Shown here: one piece after another, positions 54,975 to 64,000 of the stretch
Numbering within the stretch: the stretch's first letter is position 1
Layout of the letters: the number at the start of each line of letters is the position of its first letter
Source: Octopus sinensis
Lineage: Eukaryota
Direction: 5' to 3'
Length of the DNA stretch: 64,000 bases
Assembly: GCF_006345805.1 (NCBI RefSeq)
Contig: NC_043006.1
Span: 55,304,001 to 55,368,000, forward strand
The notes under the pieces: generated by a model
Seen by the model: only the letters and a program-made list of their open reading frames with translations
What the model was told of the DNA's origin: nothing
Database searches by the model: none
Made by a program: the position numbers and the translations under genes

Positions 54975-55160
54975 TAATATAGGTACAAAGCCTGAAATTT
55001 TGAAGAAAGTGGGTAAGTTGATTGTCTCGATACCAGCGCTCAGTTCGTACACTTTTTCATCAACTCCCGCAAGGATGGAAGACAAAGTCGAGTTTGCAGA
55101 CATTTGAACACAGAACACGAAGACGGTGAAATGACGCTAAGCAATTTGTTCGCCGTGCTA
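54975..55160 (-). mobile_element. Degenerate tRNA-derived SINE (family 1)
   Basis: Homologous to the other family 1 copies. Confidence 0.6.
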
Positions 55161-55171
55161 AGGGCTTGATA

Positions 55172-55946
55172 GCTTGTGCCCACAGAGTATCTCAACAGGC
55201 ATGACAGAGCAGCACAGAATATTCACTGGGTAATCTGCAAACTGGTCGGAACACAAACCACCTCCAGTGCTTGAAAATAATCACATTTTTTTCCTTTGGA
55301 GCTTTACTGTTCAAACTGACAGAAAGATAGATGCTAATAGGCCAGACATTACATTGAAGGCGTCAGACAAGAATCATGCCTCCTCATCGATATTACTGTC
55401 CCAATCAACATAAATGTATCTGTCAAGACCTACCAAAAACTGAGCAAGTATAAAGATCTTGAAATAGAAATTGGTAAAATGTGGAACCTCAGGACTAAAG
55501 CAATACATGTTGTCATAGGAGCCGAAGGAATGATAAGCGAGGGGCTGATTGCTATCTTTCTCAGATATTAGAAAATCCACAAACGGCAGAAATTCAAAAA
55601 AATAATGCTCATGAGAACTCATCATCCTTCATACAATACTATCTGTATAATCCCCAGCCATTTAAATCTGTACACAGTGTCAAAAGTGCTTTTAAATGTA
55701 AATAATAAGAAACAACAACTTTTACTGTCATCTTAACATGACACTATCGCCTTATGATCAAATTCCTTATAAAGGAAACTTTTAATTTTTTTAATGTTTT
55801 GACAGACATTCTCTAGAACAATACTCTGTATAAAATAAAACTATGTCACCCTAGCCATAACACCAACTTGAACTTCTAACTTGTCACTTGAGGTCTCTAG
55901 GTGAGACTTGGAATCAATTTGTGCAAATACAAAGAAAAAAGACAAG
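55172..55946 (+). mobile_element. R4/Dong family E 3' fragment
   Basis: EYLNRHDR, ANRPDI, KLSKYKDLEIE and the family E 3'UTR. Confidence 0.85.
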
Positions 55947-55947
55947 G

Positions 55948-56495
55948 ATGCCCTGATGCAGTACCAGGCAGTGACTTTCATGGTTTCTGATCTTAACTGA
56001 TTGCAAGTGTTATCGTGTACATTGTTTTGTCTTGGTGTAAAAGATGGGATACAGCAGATATTCTGCTCAATGCCACAGATTTACTTGTTAGTCGTTTGAC
56101 CGTAACCAGTTGACCATGTCCCTTAGTGGCTGACGATATATGCATCTCTGATCACGAGAAGTAGTGGGGGAGGATCATAGCCATGTGTTGAGAGGAATTC
56201 TTTGGGGTTTAAATAAATCACCTCTGGAAACATAGGTGTTTCGTTCATCATCCTTAAACAATCCTTATTCAGGGACCTTTTAAACGGGGTGGGCTACTCG
56301 ACCCGAAGAAAATTCTAACTGGGCCCCATCTGCAAGGTCATGCGCTGGTTATCTTGATATGAGATCACCATGTCGCGCACATATAGTTGTGATGTATTTG
56401 CCTGGTGTACCCTTATCAGACGGGTTGTCATGATGGGTATACCGGGTTTCACATACTTTACCACAGTGTCACTTTGATGGCATGCACTGCTCTCC
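55948..56495 (+). mobile_element. ~550-bp non-coding AAT-tailed element (copy 2)
   Basis: Starts ATGCCCTGATGCAGTACCAGGCAGTG and ends CACTGCTCTCCC followed by (AAT/AAC)n. Abuts the 3' end of a Dong copy. Confidence 0.88.
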
Positions 56496-56526
56496 CAATG
56501 ATAATAACAACAGCAACAACAACAAC

Positions 56527-56578
<52 letters not shown>

Positions 56579-56792
56579 TTCGTTTTTGTAATTCTTTCCT
56601 TTGGTTATTTTTTCCTCTTTCCCTTTTCTTTCTTCTCCTTTGTTTTTATCACATGACTTTGTAAGTGAAATAATCTGATGTGTTTATTTTGATAGCCTAC
56701 AAATGTATACTTTGAGTTTCTTTACCCAAGGTATAGGCAAGAAATGCAAATAAAATTGAAAGAAAAGGATAATAATGATGATGATGATGATG

Positions 56793-56841
<49 letters not shown>

Positions 56842-56886
56842 CAACAACAACAAAAATAACATAACAACAACAACAACAACAATAAT

Positions 56887-57128
56887 AGTGGGAGCTGAGA
56901 AGTATATCAAGCAAGTCCCTGGTAACTCCAATCTCCGTGAACTACAAAAGATAATCTTGGTGGGTACAGCCCATATACTACGGAAAGCACTCACCATCTA
57001 AAATAGAGTAAATGTGGTGATAAGTTTAGCATGCATAGCAAAACGGAAGTGCCCTTGCTACTCTTGGCCTCCGGAGGATGCCCGGTACTAAGGCAGCTGA
57101 AATAACGTGATAATGAAAGGAAGCCATA
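56887..57128 (+). mobile_element. Very short R4/Dong 3' end (family G)
   Basis: ELQKIILVGTAHILRKALTI, stop, a distinct 3'UTR, and (AAT)n on both flanks. Confidence 0.75.
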
Positions 57129-57149
57129 AATGACGATGATGATGATAGT

Positions 57150-57201
<52 letters not shown>

Positions 57202-57259
57202 GTAATAATAATAATAACACAACAACAACAACAACAACAACAACAATAACAACAACAAC

Positions 57260-57318
<59 letters not shown>

Positions 57319-57323
57319 TAATA

Positions 57324-57952
57324 ATTTGCAAAAACTTGGTCCTGCCTCATGGTAAAAACTGGTCGGAACACAAACCACTTCCAGTACTAGAAAATGACCA
57401 CAACTCACTCCTCTGGGATTTCACCGTTCAAAAACTGACAGAAAGATAGATGCGAATAGGCTAGAGATTATATTGAAGGACTTCAGACAAAAATCATGCC
57501 TCCTCACCGATATTACTGTCCTAATAGACATGAATGTTTATGTCAAGTCCTACAAAAAAACTGAGCAAGTATAAAGATCTTGAAATAGAAATTGGCAAAG
57601 TGTGGAACCTCAAGACTAAAACAATACCTATTGTCATAGGTGCCCTAGGAATGATAGCGAAAGGGGCTGATTGCTACCTAGCTCAGATACCAGGAAATCC
57701 AAAAATAGCAGAAATTTAAAAAAATAGTGCTCATCGAAACTGGCCATATCCCACGTAAAATACTGTCTATTTAATCTCAAATTTTAAAATAAACTTATAG
57801 TTTTCTTATTTTCTTAAACATTTTCTAGAACAATAATTTGTGCAAAACCAAATATATGGTACCCTAGTCGTAACACAAACTTGAACTTCTAACTTGTTGT
57901 CTCTAAGTGTGACTTGGAGTCAACTTGTAGAAATACAAAGCAAAAGTCAAAC

Positions 57953-57954
<2 letters not shown>
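57324..57954 (+). mobile_element. R4/Dong family E 3' fragment
   Basis: KLSKYKDLEIEIGKVWNLKTKTIPIVIGALG and the family E 3'UTR, followed by (AAT)n. Confidence 0.88.
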
Positions 57955-58006
<52 letters not shown>

Positions 58007-58269
58007 TAATAATAATTTCATTTATTTGCCACCAGGGCGAAGGATGAAGGGGTAAAATATAAATACAGACATAAAGTGTGGGGGTTTGCATAAATGAAAT
58101 GATAAGATAATTAAATTAGAAAAAAATAATGATGATTATGATGATGTAAATGATAATGATGGTGGTGATGATATTTATGATGATAAGGATGATGATTATT
58201 ATAATAATGATGATGATAATAATAATAATGATGATGATGATTAACAACAACAACAACAACAACAACAAT

Positions 58270-58362
<93 letters not shown>

Positions 58363-59099
58363 CATGATAATGATGATAATTTGCTTTCGGTCTGTTAACC
58401 TTTCGCCCCGCATGTTTCTGAGATTAAAATGCTGTTTTCATCTGTCTAATCCCCAGGAGCCCTCTTCCTACATTCATGCACTTTCCTATTTAATCAAGTA
58501 GCCAAGCGGTCGATCTGTTTATAGCTTGTGGGTGAATCGTGTTTTCTGGTGTGTTTACATTTAGCAGCGTGCTGTATTATGACTATTGCTTCCATCATTT
58601 TTTCTTTTTTTGGTTTTGTGGGAGAATTCTGCATATATGTTGTTTAGTGTAATGTGTAATTATGCTTTGTATTGTGCTGAGAGTAGTTCATAACACTCGC
58701 TTTTTGTTGTAAGTGCATGGGGAGCTATTTTGAAAGTGACGCACTTGTGTACAGAGATGTAAACTTTCACACTTCCACTTACATTAGCAATCGTTAGCTA
58801 GCTTGTGGGTTGTTAAGCCTATGGTTTGCTATTGATAAGGAGTGTTTTTGAAATATATTTTAGTGTTTTTTAACGCTTTTTGTATTTTACGATTTGATGC
58901 AATTTGTGCTTTAATGATGTGCTTGCCACTTCTATAGTTATGAGGATGCAGCCATGCTGGAACATCACCTTTAAGTAGTCAGTCGAGCAAATCGATCCCA
59001 GCACTAATTCTGCTAAGTCTGTTTATTATTCTATTCATCTCTTTTACCGAAACACTTGATAACGGGGACGTAATAAACGGACACTGTATATATATGTGC

Positions 59100-59468
59100 G
59101 AGAAAAACGCTCCCCGTCCAATGGACGGTGCTGAGTTGTCAAACATTTAAACCAAATTTTCTCAAAACAACATGCCCGACCGTCCCATAGGCCTCCCCTT
59201 TGAGAAACACTGATTTAACATAAATTTGAGACACCAGCAAAAGAAGAAATAAAGATATCGATCACAACAGCTGATGTACTTGCGCGTACAAATGCACGTT
59301 CCCACGTCTTTATCGATCGCATTCTTACCTGGAATCGATTTTTGTAATTTTTTCAAGACTTATACACGCCCTGATACCGTCGGTATCTACATATCAAATT
59401 TGAGCGCAAGATCCTAGAAGTCACACACACACACACACAAACAGACAGAACGGATTTTATATAATAGA
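59100..59468 (-). mobile_element. Non-autonomous Helitron-like fragment
   Basis: Minus-strand A|TCTATTATATAAAA start with (CTGT)/(GT)n; CCGTCC/GGACGG hairpin near 59115; no CTAG end seen. Confidence 0.45.
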
Positions 59469-59512
59469 TATGCTGAATTAGTGCTTAAGCACTATAGAAA
59501 TATATTCGCTTT

Positions 59513-59750
59513 AAGACAGCGAGCTGGCAGAAACGTTAGCACGCCGGGCGAAATGCTTAGCGGTATTCCGTCTGCCGTTACGTTCTGAGTTCAAATTCCA
59601 CCGAGGTCGACTTTGCCTTTCATCCTTTCGGGGTCGTTAAATTAAGTACCAGTTACGCACTGGGTTCGATGTAATCGACCTAACCCTTTTGTCTGTCCTT
59701 GTTTGTCCCCTTTATGTTTAGCCCCTTGTGGGCAATAAAGAAATAAGAAA
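59513..59750 (+). mobile_element. Best-preserved family 1 tRNA-derived SINE
   Basis: Head with GAGTTCAAATTCC; central GTCGACTTTGCCTTTCATCCTTTCGGGGTCG..AAATTAAGTACCAG, which resembles the MetaSINE core as I recall it; A-rich tail. Confidence 0.9.
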
Positions 59751-60339
59751 TATATTAACTGAATTTAAGAGTTGAATTTTTAACATGCATAAAAGTAACC
59801 TCACTGGCACGTTGGTACATCAGTATTTTCTTAGGCCATGCATGCCAATGAGTAAATAGGATTTAACATGTCTGCTGTTAAATTAGCCTCGTGTGTTTTC
59901 CTTTTCGATACGTGTCCGTTTGCTTCTGTCGATTATATGATTTAGGCACAGCTCCAATTAATTTTAATCTCTTTTAGTTGAATTGCTTGAGTTTGTCGTC
60001 ATCATTGTTTTTGTTGTTTAGTCCCAGGTTAGATCTCATCAAGCAAACTTAGGATAAAAGCAAAAATTTCAACTGTGGCTATACTGCCTTTTCTCTTGCC
60101 TAGTTACTTTCTAAAGCTAGGATTTGCCTGTGTGATTTGAAGGATATTTGTCTGATATTTCCAGCATGCTGAGTGACAATACAGATTCGCACATGTTGGC
60201 TTGAATTACAATAGTCAATTTATTCTTAATAAATCTAAGCTGTAAGGCTCAATGCAGTTAACTGTTTTCATATGTTAGTACAAGGTGCAAGAAATACTTG
60301 GGGGTACTTAATTATCAGTACATTACTCTTTTCAAACCA

Positions 60340-61440
60340 ATCAAAAGGGTTTTATTTATTTATTTCAGATCCCCTAAGACAGATAAAATGCTAACACAAG
60401 AAATGAAGAGACATGCAGTGATATTTGTCATGTGTGCTGAATACAGCAATTTAGAAATTTCCAGCTTTCTAAATGTTGCAAGGTCTTTTGTACACAAAGT
60501 TCGGATGGACTTGGAAGGATTTGTTGAGAATGTTTCAACTGTATCAAAGAGAAAAAACATTCTAAATGTTCCGATACTATAAGGACACCGCAAATCATCC
60601 CCCGTGGAGTTGGAGTGGACTATCAATGCTGTGGTGCACGAGGACTTCCAATATGGCCTGTGTGTACTGAGGAGAGGCCAATTCAGGCCTGCAAAGACAC
60701 AGGGAAACTATTTGTTCCGTGCCATGTGGTTACTTAACAAGTTTAAAACCCATAACAAACATGGTATGTTCTTCTATAATTAGAAACTATTCAACCAAGA
60801 TCAAAAGTGTACCAGGAAAACTAACGGATATCATGTGTAGATACTACTAATGTTCCCAGAGTGGTGTATATTTAGTTTCCAGCAACTGCGATGGTTTAAA
60901 GTGTGCTGAGTAATGCAGGTTATGCTATACTACCTCACATCTTTCCACAGTGTCTTATAATGAATGCAGTTGGGTACATTGCGTTACTGGAGACAGTTGT
61001 TAAGTACTTGCCGGATGAAGTACACAATGGAAGTATTTTGATTAATTTCCTGATGTGCGACCATCATAAATCAAATTGTTTTGGAACGTTCACCAAATAG
61101 AGCGTACACCAAATAGTAATCGTTACAGCTCCCGCCTTCTGCATATATTCTAACCTAGCTCCTTATCACAAAGTCCACGTAATTGCGAGGCAGTTTTTAC
61201 AATTAAGTAACATATTTGTGACCCCAAGCTCACTAGATTTAAATGTCATGGACTACTACGTTCGGAGCACTATTGAAAGAGAGACTAATCGACATCTTTA
61301 CATTACCCTAGCTTCATTGAAGGCTACCGTTGTCCAAGTGATGTCCGGAATGAATAAAGACCATTTAGTACTGACGTGTCAACGGTTCTGGTCACGAGCT
61401 GAAGCAGTAATTCAAGCTGAAGGCGGATACTTAGAATAAT
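60340..61440 (+). mobile_element. maT (DD37D-like) transposase pseudogene
   Basis: N-terminus MLTQEMKRHAV..; C-terminus PSSLDLNVMDYYVRSTIERETN...SRAEAVIQAEGGYLE; TIRs not recognisable. Confidence 0.72.
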
Positions 61441-61494
61441 CTTATAAGAAAGATTATCGCTTATCGAAAACGTGCAGAAATTCTTAATAAAATA

Positions 61495-61962
61495 CCGTAA
61501 TCACTCGCCATATCGCCCTCAGTACATCGCGGATTGTTCTGGCTAATATATGTAAATTCATATCGCGGACTCTTCAGTATATCGCGGGTTTCTGCGCCCG
61601 ATAAGTATTTATATTCTTTTGAGATCTTAATTATTTGTGTGGTAAGATAAGCATTTTCACGCCTAAAAATTAGTAAGTTAATAAATAAAAATACAGTACA
61701 ATACTGCACTGGATAATATATTAACTAAAATATATTAAAAGAAAATACGCAGAGTAAACGAAGGAAATTGCTCATATTATATGGAAAACGAAACTCGGGA
61801 GGCGAGTGTGTAGTATTGTTTTGAAGTTATAAAAAAAATATATACAAATTATAAGAATAATAAAAAAGATATACAGTAAAGTACTGTTTCTACTTTGCTG
61901 ATTTTCATTTGTTGTGGAGGCGGTTTTGGAACGTAACACCCACGATAGTCGAGGGATTACTC
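61495..61962. mobile_element. pogo/Tigger-like MITE (468 bp)
   Basis: TA|CCGTAATCACTCGCCATATCGC matches the reverse complement of the right end TA|GAGTAATCCCTCGACTATCGTG. Confidence 0.65.
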
Positions 61963-63449
61963 TACATTCAGTTTTTGTTGGATTAGAGTGGTTTCATTAA
62001 ATTATCAAATATGTCCTCAAACAGGGCAAAATCGCAAGCAGGACGGACAAAATGGTTATTAGCATTTCTTCCAGTTTCACATTGCAATTTCAAACTCTGT
62101 CGAAGCGGACTTTCTCTTTCATCCATTCAGGGTCTGAGATCAATAAAATAAATAAAGTTGAGTACTGATGTCGATATAATCGACAAATACATTTCGCTCA
62201 AAATTTCAGGTCTTGTGCCTATAGTAGAAAGGATTATTATTAATCAAGGCGGCGAGCTTTCGTTTGCACATCGGATAAAATACATACAGGCGATTCTTTC
62301 GGCTCTTTACGGTCAACGTTCAAATACCACCGAGGTTGAGTTTATTAAGTTAACTACTAGTTGAGTTCTGAGATTAATATAACCGATTTGTCCCTCCCTT
62401 TAAAATTGCTGGTCTGGTGCCAAAATTAGAAAGTAAGAAAATATTTATTTATGACGATTGACGTCACTCTTCGCGAAGAGCGCGATATGTGATAAAAGCA
62501 CAGATTGTCTTGATTTATTTAACAACATTTCAACAGTTCGTCTGCCTTCGCCAGGTTCAAACTATCGCAAGAAAAGTACAGAACATCAATCTATTTACAC
62601 GTTTCTCTTGTTTGCATGTGGTTCAAACAAAAAATATGAAAATGCATTGAATCTAATATATTACTGTCAGAGCACAGAACATTTGCTAAAATGACTTGAG
62701 ATATTTAAACTGTTGCATTGTCATAAACCAGTAACTCTAGTTACAGTTCATTGATGACACCTGTTTTTTGTTTTAGAAGGAACGCAGCATAATCTAGTTG
62801 AATTTTTTATTTATCTCAAAACAAATAAAAATAAAAAAAAACTATCGCTCAAAACTAATTATGAGTTCAACATAAAATTCTCGTTTTGCTTTACAGAAAC
62901 TAGCATGAACGTTTTAGATACGAAATTTAAGTTCTCAGAAGACAGCATATTGGCAGAACTATTTTGCAAACACAGGTCATCACACATTTATCTTCACTGC
63001 TGCTCCGACCATTCATTTTGTAGGATTAAATTAAATCCAAAGTCACAAATTTTAATAATAATAAAGATTTGATATGTTATGGATTATTGGAAACACGTAA
63101 AGGGTTTTGTGCGTCACTACAGACTTATAGTGAATAACGATTGAAAAAATTGCAAATGACAGCTAAAATTAATGATTGTCAACGTCTCAAACCTAATTAT
63201 AGCAGATAAATTAAAAATTCTGACCGTATTCCTTTAGTTATTAACTGTGACAGAAAATGCATGACAGTTATCAGCATAGTTCACAAAGAAATATCCCCGT
63301 TTTAAAAAGATATTTCCCTCATCCACGTATTATTACTTTTAGGTGTAACAAAAATATAGGACAAATATTAAGTACTTTAGATCGCAATAGAAAAAAAAAC
63401 TCATTATATTTTAAAAAGGATTGACGTAACTCTTCACAAAGGTAAGCAC

Positions 63450-63587
63450 TCAAGACGAAGAGCGCGATTCGTATGTAATAGATATTTTATTGGTTGAACT
63501 TATTTTGAACTTCACACAGACTAACTGTTGAACTATCGTTCAACCAATAAAATATCTATTACAATCGAATCGCCGTATTCGTCTTGA
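63450..63587. repeat. 138-bp hairpin with 50-bp arms (26 bp perfect)
   Basis: TGTAATAGATATTTTATTGGTTGAAC / GTTCAACCAATAAAATATCTATTACA with a 38-nt spacer. Confidence 0.9.
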
Positions 63588-63620
63588 CTATTTATTATTA
63601 TTGTTATTATTATTATTATT

Positions 63621-64000
63621 GAGTGAGAGAGCAGTGCATGCCATCAAAGTGACACTGGGGTAAAATATACGAAGCCCAGTATACCCATCATGACTACCCG
63701 TCTGATAAAGGTACACCAGCCACATGCATCACAACCATATGTGCGCGACATGGGGATCTCTAACAGGATAAACAGCACATGACCTTGCGGGTGGGGCCCA
63801 GTTAGAATTTTCTTCTGGTTGGGTAACCCATCCCACTCAAAAGGTCCCTGATTAAAGGTTGTTTAAGGATGTTGAACGAAACACCTATTATTCCAGAGAT
63901 GAATCATTCAACCCCCAAAGAATCCCTCTCAACACACGGCTATGATGCTCCCCCACTACTTCTGCTCGTGATCAGAGATGCACATATCGTCAGCCACCAA
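63621..64000 (-). mobile_element. AAT-tailed non-coding element (copy 3, cut by the window end)
   Basis: Reverse complement of 56130-56495. The (TTA)n at 63595-63620 is its 3' (AAT)n flank. Confidence 0.88.

Noticed and set aside
62459-62466. Perfect CRE site TGACGTCA
   Set aside because: About one hit per 64 kb is expected by chance for an 8-mer. No promoter context.
62897-63071. + strand acceptor followed by a short open frame (MNVLDTKFKF...)
   Set aside because: No convincing donor, no recognisable homology, and a length compatible with chance.

Overview
Eukaryotic, AT-rich, microsatellite-saturated DNA that is almost entirely transposon-derived. I infer an octopus or other coleoid cephalopod genome from the SINE families, the repeat density and the R4/Dong abundance; no database search was run. 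There is no rRNA, no true tRNA, no CRISPR array and no prokaryotic system. Contents: (1) a head-to-tail array of R4/Dong-clade RLE retrotransposons separated by (AAT)n tracts at 16.3-28.4 kb, plus more 3' fragments at 44-46 and 55-58 kb, with about six different 3'UTR types; (2) three copies of a ~520-550 bp non-coding element that also ends in (AAT)n; (3) many Penelope-like (RT/GIY-YIG) remnants and pLTRs carrying several distinct hammerhead-ribozyme-like motifs, some in inverted pairs; (4) RTE, CR1, HERO-like and Gypsy remnants; (5) mariner, maT and pogo elements, including a cleanly nested mariner; (6) Helitron derivatives; (7) two TIR elements containing TTAGGG repeats; (8) tRNA-derived SINEs. 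One or two small minus-strand candidate exons (30822-30934, 13516-13550) suggest the window may be intronic to an unidentified host gene. Most ORFs in the supplied track are microsatellite translations or antisense shadows. The best candidates for something undescribed are the AAT-tailed non-coding element and the ribozyme-bearing, ORF-less Penelope cassettes and variant hammerhead cores. Coordinates of degenerate elements are approximate (tens of bp).
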